This document shows, piece by piece, positions 1 through 12,959 of a stretch of DNA of 64,000 nt (position 1 is the stretch's first letter; each line of letters starts with the position of its first letter). Source of the DNA: Paramecium tetraurelia (Eukaryota); NCBI GenBank assembly GCA_000165425.1, contig CT868649.1:186001-250000 (forward strand), given 5' to 3'. A program made the translations under genes and the position numbers. The notes under the pieces were generated by a model. The model was not told the DNA's origin. It saw only the letters and a list, made by a program, of their open reading frames with translations, and did no database searches.

Positions 1-1242
1 ATTATAATAGTTATTGTTATTATTATTGTTATTATTATTGCTATTATTATTGCTATTGTTATTATTATTGCTAATATTATTGCTATTATAATTGTTACTG
101 TTATTAATATTGTTATTGTTGTTGTTGTTATTATTGTTTTTGTTGTTGTTGTTATTGTTATTCTTAGTGTTATTATTATTATTTTAAGTGAGACTAATTT
201 TCTATTGCTTATTATTACTCTTATATAGCATGATCATATTAATTTGTTATCTTATCAAATTATTCATTTTCTTCTTGCTCATCTTATTAACCTTCTTAAT
301 CATACTAATCCTGATCCTACTAGTCAAATTATTATTATTCATCTTAAGCACCTTACTCATCTTATGCATCTTGCACATCTTGAACTTATATTTAGTTATA
401 TCCAGTTTTCAGTTAAGTCGATCCAGAATCTGCATTTACAATTTAGCCTTGTAAATTTACCTCGTCTTCATTGGCCCAATATTATTGGTTTTACTATTAG
501 ACATGATGTTAATGTGGGGCAGGAGCTTCAACTACCTAGGTTTGGACGACTTATAATTAGGCATTTGCTTGAACTTAAATTGATTATTAGAATTATTAAA
601 CCCTAGGTAATTAAGGTGGCTATAATTTTGATAATAATCCTTATAAGATAGTAATTTAGTCATCCAAATTTGATTGGGTCTACTATATGCGATATTTATG
701 AATAATATCCTTTCTTTATTATGTATTTGAATGCAATTTTTCAATGAAATGTTTTTCATTTTATTTTTCCATTTATTAAATTTCTTATAATTTTTAAAAT
801 TATTTTCTTTCATTCTAAATTTATTCTTTTAACTAATTAAGTTATTTAAACGAATTTTATTCTTAATTTTATAAAGATGTTCTCAAAAGCTAATTTTCAT
901 TTTGAAGTTATTGAATTTAAGTCTGATAACTCACGTGCTTTATTTATAAATCTTATATTGTTTTTAAATGATCTTATTAAAATTGAGTAATTGAATGTTA
1001 CAGGTCTTTATTTTGTTTAATTAATTAATTGATTTATTTTTCATAATAAATATCTCTTTATTTTATCATTTATTCAAACACGGCAACATCAATTTATTAA
1101 GATTATTATTGTTGCAATTAAATGGTGAATTTTGGAGTTTATGTATTAAGATTTAAGGTTTCAATAAGCTCTTCTTACTATTTAACTATTTATTCATTTG
1201 AAAAATTTAATGTTTGTTTTTATGTTGAAATTGTTTGTTGTG

Positions 1243-1334
<92 letters not shown>

Positions 1335-2805
1335 TTATTTTAAGATGTGATATTTTAGTGTTTTACTTATTAATCTTAGCTCTTTTATTAAGTTACAATT
1401 TCTTCTTTTTTTAATTGATGATGAGGAGCCTCAAATTAACTTTGAGTAGAATTAATTTATGAGGTAATTTCCTTTTCTTTAAATTCTTATTCATTTTGTT
1501 CTTAGAAGTTATGTATTTATTATATTATTGTTTCCTATTAGAAATCGCCATTTTATTATTGATCAAATTCATTATTATTTTGTTTTTCTGGTTGAGTCTG
1601 ATGAATGTTCTCTTAAGAATCCTCTTTATTTTATTAGTTCAGAGTATTTTAAAATTACATTCCTGGCTTCTCTTCTTAATTATCTATTTAAGAGTTATTA
1701 TGATTTTCTATTTGATTAAAGTTTTCTTGATTTTCAATATTGGAGTCTTATAATTCTTATAATTCTTCTGATTCTTCAGATCTCAATTGTTCTGCTAATT
1801 AATTCAATTTCTCTTGATTTTATTTTAAAGAATCAAAATTTGTTAAGTCTTCTTCTTCTAAGTTTTCATTTTCTACTTTTTAAAAATTCATTTAATTAGT
1901 TTATTATTATTGCACAAGTGGGGGAGGGACATTTTCATTTTTTTAAGGTTCAGCTTTTTATTATTTTGTTGGGACATTGGATGATAATTAATTATTTCCT
2001 TGTGTATTGAGGTTTTTATCTTATTATTATCTTTATTATTGTTATACTCCAAACTCTTCAGTTTAATTGTTAGAGAATTAAACTGGAGCCACTTATTTAG
2101 TTTTATTTGGAGGAGGAATTTATTGTTTTGGGGCTTACTTCTAAATTTAAGGATTCTAATCCTGAGGTTAAGCTTGTAAATTAAGTTCTTATTCTTAGTT
2201 GGGTGGTTGAGGTTCATTTTGGATTTGAGTATTTTAATTGTCAAATTTTGTCTAATCTTCTAATTATTATTGATTGACAATTTGCTATTAATTTTATGTA
2301 GTGGATTGTGGAATAGGAGGTGCAGCAACTTAATTTTTTACTGGTGGTATTCCTGAGGCAGGAGGTCTGGTAGGAGGACCTCTTTAAGGGACATTCTTTT
2401 TCATATTAGTTTAGGGTTGGGGGAGACCTCTTTATTCTTTCTGCAGGAATGCTTAAACGCTATCCTCACTTAGCTTCGACATATCTAATGACATTAACTC
2501 TTTTGGTGTTAGAATTTGTTCGACTAAGGCAGTTCTAATCAATTATCCTAGAATAGTATAATAAAGACACCTTTAGTTCCCTTCAAGCGCATTTTAACAG
2601 TATTAACTCTAGTTCTATAGTCTCTTGTATGATCACCTCCAGAAAGTGTGAATGCTTCTTATTCAAGAGATGTAGCTAATTATTCTGCAATCTAGGATGA
2701 TATTTGATCTTCTTCTAATATTTTTTTGAATTCATTTTTCTGATTTTCACGTACCCTTCTGTCGTAATTAGTGTTTTCTACAGGTTTGACTTCTTCGAAC
2801 AACAT
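1..2805 (-). CDS. TFIIS central-domain (domain II)-like protein with long Gln-rich/coiled-coil tail; runs off the left edge
   Basis: ATG at 2805: MLFEEVKP..IAEQLATSLEQEAFTLSGGDHTRDYRTRVNTVKMRLKG..LIRTALVEQILTPKELMSLD, resembling TFIIS_M. A 23-nt intron at 2570-2548 removes an in-frame TGA. The segments I translated (about 1330-640 and 550-240) are open and Q/E-rich in code 6. Confidence 0.7.
1244..1327 (-). repeat. (TAA)n microsatellite encoding Q17-L-Q10
   Basis: Near-perfect TTA repeat on the + strand, in frame as TAA=Gln within the minus-strand gene. A degenerate TAA/CAA/TAG poly-Q tract also occupies about 1-180. Confidence 0.9.
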
Positions 2806-2853
2806 ATTTAATGAACACGTATTTTTAATAAAATATCTTAAATTAAATTATTT

Positions 2854-4321
2854 ATGTTACCATTTTTTCCTGTTCCAGGATTACAAGACCTAGAGATTCC
2901 TTTAGGAGCACAACAAGATTTCTATCCCAAAAGTTAAATTCAAGAACCTTAGGAAGCTAAGAAATTGTTCATAAAGAACCTTCCTCAAGAATTAACCAAT
3001 GATAATGTTGAGAAACTTTTGAAGGTAAATTGAAATATGATAATTAGGAATGTGGTCAATTAGTATCATGGAAGCGATCAAAAGGTACTCCTTTTGGGTA
3101 TGCTGAGTTTGAAAATATGGAAAGTGTATTAAAATGTTTGCGCCTTCTTAATGGTATGATTCTGAACTAGAAGGAGTTGCTTGTTAAGGGTGGAGAGAAA
3201 GCTTAGATGATGATAGATGGTTGGATGTACAAGAAGGAGACTGAATGGGAAGAGAGAAGAGCTAAATTAGAGGAGAAAGATAAATAAAAGGAGGAACATA
3301 GAGCATTATTTAAATTTACATCTTTTTAAGAGTACATTACTAGAGATGACGATAAAATAAAAAAGAAATTAGAAAAAATAATATCAGAATTAGAGGGCAC
3401 TGTCACTAAAACTAAAAATGATAAGAAAAGAGAGGAGGAAAAGAAAGAACATCCAAGGGAGAGAGAAAGAGATGCCAAGAAGAATAACACTAGGACGGAA
3501 TTAGAAAGAAAATATAGAGAGAAAATGGCAGAATGGAAAAAGAAGGAAGATGAAAGAGAGAGAGAAAGAAAAAAGGAAAAGGAGAGAGAGATAGATCGAG
3601 AGAAAAATTTCTAAAAATATCTTGAAAAAGAATTAGCTTATGACAGTGAATAAGAACGTAAATAAATTGGTAAGATTAAGATGAACGAAAGAAAGAAATT
3701 CAGGTAAAGGGAATTTGAGGAAGATGAAATCTTTAAAAAGAAAGAATTATTAAAGACACAAAAACCTCCTGAACCTGAACCACCTTAAATGGTAGTTATT
3801 ATTTAAGAGCCACCCGAACCAGAGCCTTAGCAAACATAATAGTAATTGTTATAGCAATAAGTAATCATTCAATATTATATTTGATTTAAAACTAGCTATA
3901 GATGGAATAAGCAGAATAAATGTAATAAGAGAAATTATAAAAGGAAATTGACTTGAAGGAGGAGCTTAAATAAATATTTGCGACCATCCCAACAGAAAAA
4001 GAAGAACTATTCAATACTCAAATAAATTGGCAGCTGTTTGCCTAGGTATTAATTATATATTTAGTTAATCCCAAGTCTAACTTATTGGAGAAAAAGATCC
4101 GTCCATGGTTAAGAGAGAGGTGCATTGAATATTTATCTTAAGAGGAGAGAGTATTTATTGATGCCATCATCAAAAGATTATTTAATCGTGAGAAGCCATA
4201 AACAATTATAAATAAAGTTGTAAAGAAGGTCTTGGATGACGATAGTGAGCAATTTGTTATAAGAATGTGGAAGATGATCATCTTTGAATTGAGAAAATTA
4301 GAGAGAGGTCTGATATCTTGA
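2854..4321 (+). CDS. RBM25: RBM25/Snu71-like splicing factor (RRM + charged region + PWI)
   Basis: RRM: KLFIKNLP..ECGQLVSWKR..FGYAEFE..CLRLLNG. R/E/K-rich middle. PWI: IPTEKEELF..INW..KKIRPWLRERCIEYL..FVIRMWKMIIFE. Introns at about 3025, 3861-3895 and 4046-4075. Confidence 0.9.
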
Positions 4322-4388
4322 TGATTTATTAAATAATTTAATAGTTTTATGAAGTTCTTTAAAACAAATATTAATATATATTATATTT

Positions 4389-5429
4389 ATGAATAATCCT
4401 AGTCCTTAAAAACTATAATAAATCGACATTGATAAAATATAGATACTCACAGATATTGATAAAACACATTAATCCACAGTATCCATTAACCTAATAAAAT
4501 ACGAATCGCAAATTATGGTCTAAAAAGTAATTATTAAACATGATATTAAAGAGCATCTTACTCAGCTCTTTACAGACTCAATAATAGATTTAGCATTTGC
4601 ATAATGAAAGATAAGCTTTGCAGGAACTTGATTACCCATCAATTAATAAAATGTAATAAACTCTATATTACCATATTTTAGTATTGCTACTAAGAAGGAT
4701 GACTTAAATATTCATTTATTTTTGAAATTCGAAAAAGGAATGCCATTACATAAATTATTAAGAAACGTGGGCAAAATTAATCAAAAATTTTCTACTCTAT
4801 TTTTTATTCAAATTTTGATCACTTTTAATTATCTTCATGAAAATGGTTGGCTTTATAGGGATTTAAAGGCTTCTAACGTGATCATCACTTAGGAATTTAG
4901 AGTTAAACTGATTGATTTTGGAATGGCTAAAAAAATTGAGAAGGGTAGAACCTCATCATATTGTGGTACAATTCATTCAATGCCACCTGAAATTATAAAA
5001 AATGATGGATATGAATATGATTATTCTTTTGACATCTACACGATAGGCATTTTGTTTTATGAGATGTTAGTAGGAAAACCTCCTTTTGGATTGAATGTAT
5101 AAGGCATAGAATAAAGAATTTTAGAAGGGATTAAAGAAGATTAATTATCAGTAATAGAGGACATTAAAATAAGAGAATTATTGAAGAACCTTTTATCGCA
5201 TAATCCGAAACAAAGACCAAATTGTTAATAGTTATTGTAAGAAGATTTTATCATTTAAAATAATTATAATGAGATTAAAAAGTTTATGGAAAATGAGGAA
5301 GCAAATCTAAATAGTTATAAGTCTGATTTATATGATGAAGAGATATGTAATAGCTATTTATTATTCATAGATTTATATTGTACATAATTTGCTTTTAATG
5401 AAAACGATAACGATGATTTTGACTTTTGA
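4389..5429 (+). CDS. PKA/AGC-like Ser/Thr protein kinase, atypical (no Gly-rich loop)
   Basis: QIQHLHNER, YRDLKASN, DFGMAK, SYCGTIHSMPPE, DIYTIG..GKPPF, C-terminal DDFDF. Introns at 4527-4551 and about 4653-4681. Confidence 0.85.
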
Positions 5430-5752
5430 ATTTTTTTCTTGTGATTGGGCTTTATATAATCGAAAAATACTTATTTGTTAATTTCCAAAGTTATAAAAAT
5501 ATTTTGAAATAATTATAACACTGCAGGAAAATCTACAAAAATGTTTGTTTATCTTAATTAAATTTTATTATAGTATAATTTCTTAAACTTAAAACATTTT
5601 ATAAATCTTTGAGATAATATAAAATCTCAACTATTTCTAGTTTTTATACAAACAAAACTGTAATCAGTATTCATGACAGATGCTGTAGAAAATTCATTTA
5701 GAATAAAAATAATTTATTTAATAAATAATATGAAGATCAATTAGTAGATAAT

Positions 5753-7402
5753 TCAACAAAAGCCAACTGAATTTCTCCTCGTAAAAAATCTTCTTGAAAT
5801 ACTCCTAAGAAAGGGTGAGTTGATGATTTAAGGTTTCCTTTTTAATCTAGATTTAAATATATAATCTTCTATTTAAACATCTCTATAAGAGGTAAGAGGC
5901 AATTCATCCATTCTAGGCTTAATTGGTGAATCTCTCTATATACTCACATGCCTTTTTAATTATTTCGGGAAATTTTTCATCATTTTTTAATACTACTAAT
6001 TCTCTAATATTTAATTAATAGATTCATTTGTTTCAGGATTCAGTGTTTTAAAAACATCTTATGTTCTTGTACCTTACCTGTTATTATCCATTACTTAAGC
6101 TGTGATAGGCTTAATCTTTTCAATTACTCTAATTAATTAGCAAAAATTAATACTTTTTGGTATGATGTGTTAGTGATTAAGAGACAATTAAGGATCTTTA
6201 CGTTTTTTAAGGCTTGTTATTTTCATTTATATCCACATTATTAATTTGGATTTTCTCTGCTGTACTAAGCATTCTGGCAGTTTTGATTATCCATTAAGTT
6301 TCTTCAGCTTTTGACATTTTTAATCCAATTATATTGATAATTGAAATGTTTTTAGGGTTATCTTAGATAAGTTTTAGTTTTACTGACAGTAAAATGAACT
6401 TCCATCTCATTTATACATAATTTATGAAAGCTTTATATATAAACGGCTATTTTATGGCAAGTGTATTTAAAATACTCTTTCAAATCTAAACTATCTGAAT
6501 ATTCTTTTTCTTTATTCCATTATTTTTAACCTCGAAGTGAAGGATCTGTAAGAAACGACAGTTCATATGCTATATCATCAAATAGAAAATTGTCTTTTAT
6601 GTATTTATATCTATGAATAAAATAATCTTTAGGATTTCTTTTATTAATTTCAATAGAATCTAAAGCTGACTTTTCATTGTAAAGATATAATTATAAATGA
6701 AGTAGATTATCAAATATAGCATTTGTTTTAGATAGAACTGATAATTAATGCAATTCGAATTTTCCAATTAAAGTTGTTTCACCGGTCTGATATCTTGCCA
6801 TTAGAATACTTTATCCATTCAATAAATCAGAAATTTACTAAGGTAACTTGTATAAATACCTATTTTAATTTAGCAGTTACTGAATTACTATTTTCATGAT
6901 ACTAAGAAAATTTGATGGTAGGATGAACGCCTGCTTTGATTTGCTTAATTTAATTATTAATTTCAAACTCAATTTTTCTATCAAGAAGATATTTTTCCAT
7001 TTCTGTATGAAAAAAGGATTTGTTTTTTATGCATTTGAAGCCATTATCATAAAATGCATAAAATACAAATTCTCTGTCTTTTAAAATAATTGTATCTAAA
7101 ATGTTAATATTTATTGGTCTAACAGCTTCATCTTATTTCTATAACATTTGACTGATTGTAAGCAAATCATCTTTAAATCCACATATTGAAAACCTTCTTT
7201 GTCTTGGTTTGTTAATTATTATTTAACATTTCTTTTATTCTTCCGGTTCTTTTATTTCTTGCTATTTCTTATTGCAAATTTGACAAGAACATAAATCAGA
7301 ACAACTCGTAATCGGGAAAGGAATTACTTCCATTTATTTCAGAGTTAAGTCGCAAAAGGAATCCCAACATTTAAGTCCACTTTATTTTTATTAAAATGAC
7401 AT
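5753..7402 (-). CDS. hypothetical protein
   Basis: Starts MSFQQKQSGLKCWDSFC and ends ..RRFFTRRNSVGFC-TGA. Both ends are open in code 6; no domain recognised. Confidence 0.6.
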
Positions 7403-7547
7403 AATTTATTATAGATATTAGTTTATAATTTACATCTATGTTAATTTAGTTAATTTTTATGTACATCATCTTAATACAAACATTAAACTACTTATTTAAA
7501 GATATGTATTGTATTTACTTTTTTAATGATTATATTGTTATAAATTT

Positions 7548-10188
7548 ATGAACATTTAATTGGCATAAAAGGTTGTTAATTAATGGAGATTGTTTGTAGA
7601 AAAAAAAAGAGAGGTAAGAAGCATTCTTGTGACATAATATAAGCAAAGCTATTTAAAAGTTTATTATTCATATAAGGAATTTAAGAAAAGGAAATTTTAA
7701 TAATACATAATTACTAATGCTTCCAAACTCATTTACAAAGCATTAAAAATCAATTTATAAAGAGTTCAAAATCTCAAGCAATTTATCTAACAAAATAAAA
7801 TAAAGCGATTTTATATTTTAAAATAATAGGATAACTTATTCTGTAAGATTACAAATTTATAATCCCAAAATGCAATAATAAAAACAATAAGACCTCCAAA
7901 ATATGCTAAATGTGAGCATAAGAATCTAATACCTTTGATTTTTAGAAGTGTTAAAAATGCTGTTATTTTGTTTAACTTCCACTATATGCAAAAGTATTAT
8001 GGAGAGACTACTATGGATAAAGACATGATAAAGAATGAGTTTTTATATTATTTTACTAATTATGTTACAGTTAAACGGCCATAGAAATTATACTAACTTA
8101 CTGCTCCAGAATATGAAAGATATAAACATGTACTTTAAAAAGTAGATAAATTTTAATCTGAAGAATACACGTTATTAAATTATGTAGAATTATAAAATAT
8201 TAACGTGCTAAAAAAGATATATATACATAACAGAAAGAATAAGGATTAATAATTATAACTATATTTTGATTATTAATTAAAAGAAATTGGAGCAGCCTGC
8301 AAAATTTAAAAGTTTTTTAGAGGGAAAAAGAATCGAAAAAGAAAAGGAATGACATATTCTGTCATAGTTGGATTAATCAATTAATCTCGTGCAATATTTG
8401 TAATTCAGAAATGGTTTAGAAGGATAAGATAATTCCATAGAACCAACTTTTTTAAAGACATCTCCTTTTACATTTCCTAGATTCCTACAGAACATTTATA
8501 TTTAGACATGGAAATTTATTAGAAAATAGAGCAAATAGTCTAAGATTAATAATATACCATTAAGTTTTTAGAATAATATAATACGGTATGCAATAATCTA
8601 ATTTTAGATAGTTTCAGATAATGAAGCTGTAAGATTGACGTTTTTATCATCAAAGGCCCAATCCTTAAATTAATCAACTTACTAATAATCTATATCTTAG
8701 TTTGATAATGCCCCTATTAAAGTTGTTCCTTAATGGTTGATTAAATAGATTTAGATGGTTCCAATTTCCTAACAAAAGTTTATAGATTACTCTATAATTA
8801 AGTAGGAAATGAAAGGTTCTAAATGGAGTTGTAGAAATAGATAGTATTAAAAGAAATAATTTGAAAAATTAAATGATTTGACTTTTTAAAAGTAGTGTGA
8901 TATTTATGGTTTGCTTCATTTGGGTGCCAAAATCTCTTTTGATCATATTTGCAAAAGAAGCTATATAAGATTTACTTACAAATCAACAAGTGAGGCAAGG
9001 TATAGGGCTTTGGCTTTAGCTCTTATTACTTATAAATTTAAATATAATGGAGTTAGCATTTAAATGTTAAATGATAACTTATGGGAAAGCCCTTATTAAA
9101 AACAAGAGTAGTTTCTCTAAAAATATTATTACAAAATTTAAAAAGCTTTTAAAATAGAATCATTAGAATTGGCATCCTCTAACTTGCAAAATTCACCATC
9201 AAACTGTTTAATTTTATGTAAAAATGAATTCCAAGCAGAACAATTTAAATTAAAATAAAATGAGATCCAGTTGCAATTTTATAATGAAACAAGCAAGATA
9301 CCTTTAAGCTTTATTTGGATGAGCACTTAACAAATAATTAAAAAAGTGCCAATAAAAATTCAAAATCAATAACTAAGCTAAAATAATACTCTAAAATTGA
9401 GTTCTATTTTATAAAAGAGCTCAATTTTAGAAAATAGAAATGACAATGAGGAGGATCAACAATTTGAGTAGAGTATTTAAAGCAAATTTTATGTGTCCAA
9501 TGAATTGTCTCCTACATCTCCAAAAAGAGAAGCAATTAATAAGTCTACTATCTTAGCTCTCAAATTTTCTATTTTATGCTTAGATAATCCAGATGTTCAA
9601 TTTTAAGAACCAAAATTTAAGAGGAGAACCGAGTAAACCTACTTAGAGTTTGCAATGACAAGCAGATAAAGAACATAAAATAATCCTCTAAATAATTCTA
9701 AGGCAAATGGGCTTTATAATTTTTAGAGTAACAATGCTTAACTTTAAAAAAAAAAGAATAACTAAGATCTCGAAAATATTAGTGAAAATACTGAGTACTC
9801 GCATTTGTAAAGAAGATACAAAGAATTTATTTAGAATGAAAATAAAACAAAAGGGGAATCAATAAAGTCTTAGAAACAAAATGAAAAAATACTATTAAGT
9901 GAATTTTCAAATTTGATCAATAAAAAAGGAATAAAAGTCAAAAACAATATAATTTAAACCTAGAGAGCAAAGTCTATAGATAGACCGACAAAAAACAATA
10001 TTTATTCATAATATAGTTAATCTGTGACAAAAAGAGAAGATTATAAGGATTATTCATTAGCGTTTCCTAAGATAGAATAAAAAAGCTCAAAAAAACAGAA
10101 CTTAGATTCTAGACTATCAAATTACCAAAAATGCTGTAATTTTCCTGAAGATTAATATACAATGGCTAAAGATACTATAAAATTTTGA
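7548..10188 (+). CDS. IQ-motif (calmodulin-binding) protein
   Basis: Long code-6 ORF with AACKIQKFFRGKKNRK (about 8293) and AIFVIQKWFRRIR (about 8391). Internal introns not fully resolved. Confidence 0.65.
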
Positions 10189-10209
10189 TTCTTCATACAA
10201 ATATTTAAT

Positions 10210-11473
10210 TCAATTTGAATTATGGTATATGTGATTCTCCATCCAATTTTAGTATTTTTTTTCAAAATCTGATTTTTATGAATTATCTATTAATAATTAA
10301 AAATATTCCTATGCTGGAACATTCTTTTCATATTAATCTTTGATAGAATTAACACAAAGAAGAATAGTTTTTTTTTATGGGATTGTCTTTAAGGCATTAG
10401 TTTTAATATTTTTGTAGTTTTAACATATTGAGTTCTATTGCAATTCTTGAGCATATTCCAAAAATTGAGTTGAATTCTTGAAACTTAAAATTGAACTTCT
10501 GATTGAGATTAGCAATTAGCAATTAATAGATGACATAATGAAAATGCCTTTCTAAAAAATTATATCCCAAAAATTAAGACAAGCTTATTTTGGGATATTG
10601 TACAAATATAAAGTAAATATCCATTTGCATAACAAATAAGAATCGTCAATATCTAACTTCATATAATGATTGTACAATTGGACATCTTATTCTTTAAGAA
10701 TCTCTTTAGTTACACTACAAATTAGTCTCATTAAAGGAAATTCAGTCATATAAATTGCATAAAGCATCCATTTTGAGCAATAAAACATCAGAAAAGAAGC
10801 AGACCAAGTTTCCTCAATATTTCCACCTGATTACATTAACATTAATGCTAAGATGAAATTCATTCCCTAAGTATACCCTATTCCCTTAAAAGTTGCTCCA
10901 ACCAAATTTAACAATTAACTCAATAATTGGGAACTTTAAGATTCCAATTAAAAAAAGGGATGGCTAATCTTAAATTTTATAATACTTTGGAAAAGTTCTT
11001 TTCACATCTCTTTCAACTATTGATAATCTTTCAGTTTATCTAATTTTCATTGCCTTGTGTTTTTGTTTAATGTTACTATATAACAAAGTTTTCCAAACAA
11101 ACCATCTTATTTATCCACCTCCTGCATATTCTAAAACTTCTGCAAAACGTTCAGGCTCGTTTTTATGTATTGCATATAAAGCTTTTTATAAATCACCAGG
11201 ACCACCTGAAATTTGGCGGTCTGGATTCCCTACTAAACCATCCCAAAGTTAAATGCATATTTCTTAGTTTACAATTTCAGATTTATCAAAACAAACACCA
11301 ATCTACAAATTATTTTCTCTATCAATTTTATTTTAAATCTAATAATATTTTCTCTTAAATACAATTGGCTTGATAGGAGCATATGGTTAGTCTTCAATTT
11401 CTGAATAATAAGTATTTTTTAAGGATTTACTTAACTTTTCATCTGTTTATTCGCTATTACAAATATTTCCCAT
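10210..11473 (-). CDS. TBC-domain Rab GTPase-activating protein, probably N-acylated
   Basis: MGNIC N-terminus; IVERDVKRTFP (Arg finger) and GYTQGMNF (Gln finger). Confidence 0.9.
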
Positions 11474-11874
11474 ATATAAACAAAATAATACAAATAAAAT
11501 CAATTATCTATATATTCTAAATAAAGAACAATAAATTTTATACAAAGTATATATAGAATTATAAATTATTTGAATGAAGTTTGGTTTAACAAACAAGTGG
11601 TTAGAGTATAATAATTAAATGTTTTTATGTCTCCAACAAATATTAACTTATTATTTGAATAATAATATTAGAATGTTTTGAGAATCAGAAATTCATATTA
11701 ATTCCTTAAAATTACTCATTATATATACAGAAAAAAATGCTGATAGAATTTTTAATTAAAGTTTTAAAGGCCAGATCAACAGAATTTATGGATTGGCTAA
11801 TTTGATCACCAAACTAACCAATATATTAATGATAATCTATATTGCTCTTTAAATAATATTAAATATTAAATCAA

Positions 11875-12222
11875 ATGGGGTGTGTAACAACAAAAAAGCA
11901 GCATACGGTTTAGATACCCAAGCATGTTTTAAACTAAAATTCCTAATTAATAGACGATGATGATCAACGTAATTACAATAGTGCTCCTTAAAGTCCTGCT
12001 TTAAGAAAAATTGTTTAAATAGATGCATTTACACCTGACGAAATAAAGGACTTTATCTTAGAGAGGAGAAAATAAAATTATAGTACTAATAGAATTGAGC
12101 TGATGAAAAAAAGTGGCAGATATACACCTACTCTTATCTATAAAAAGAGAAAACCTTCACCCTCCTAAAGGAGTTAAACAAAAATTACAATTTAATCACC
12201 AATCTATCCTACCCAAAAATGA
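11875..12222 (+). CDS. small 115-aa hypothetical protein with MGC N-terminus
   Basis: Intronless code-6 ORF MGCVTTKKQH..SPIYPTQK-TGA in an AAATG context. Confidence 0.7.
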
Positions 12223-12959
12223 TATGACTATATTTATTTTGTAGTAGATATTGATATATTTTCTTATATTTTTTAGGATTTCAAATAAAATATATCCATT
12301 TTAAATTTTACATATTATATATTATAAGTCGGTTTTAATTAATTTAGGTAACTCTTTGTAATAATTTTTATTTTTATAATAATAATCAATGATTTTATAG
12401 CCTACTTCTTCTACTTTATTTCTTGAGACTTTATATCATCGATTTAAATTTCAATTCAAGATTTTAAATATTAAATTATTAAAATGTAAATCTATTTGAT
12501 TTCATGATTTCTATTAAAGAGAGGATTTTTATAATTTAATTCAGACAGTTTCTTTATCAAATAAATAAATATAAAATATTAATTACATATTTAAGATAAT
12601 ATTATAATTTTTTTAAGAGTATGATATAAATTTTAGGACTATTCTATCGTTAATTATCAATTGATTATATATTATTATTGCAATTTCTAAGTGTTGAAAT
12701 AAATATTTTATCTAACACACTTTTACTTTAAAATATTTACACTAAAAGCCAATAATTAGGTATTAAGTGTATTTCAAATTCTTAAATTAACATAATTATA
12801 ATCAAAGCCCTAGAATTTGATGGAAAATAATTATTTCGAATTAACTGCATAATCTTAAAAAATACAGTCAAATTTAATTTTGAAGTATTTTTCTCAAAAA
12901 AATAAAAATTCTTGTTAATTCCAAAAAATGTACTAGTACATTAAAATTATATTTACCTT

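Noticed and set aside
1122..1328. Poly-Tyr ORF
   Set aside because: It is the antisense reading of the (TAA)n poly-Gln tract.
4551..4575. Possible non-canonical 25-nt GA-AG intron in the kinase
   Set aside because: A canonical 25-nt GT-AG intron at 4527-4551 restores the same frame.
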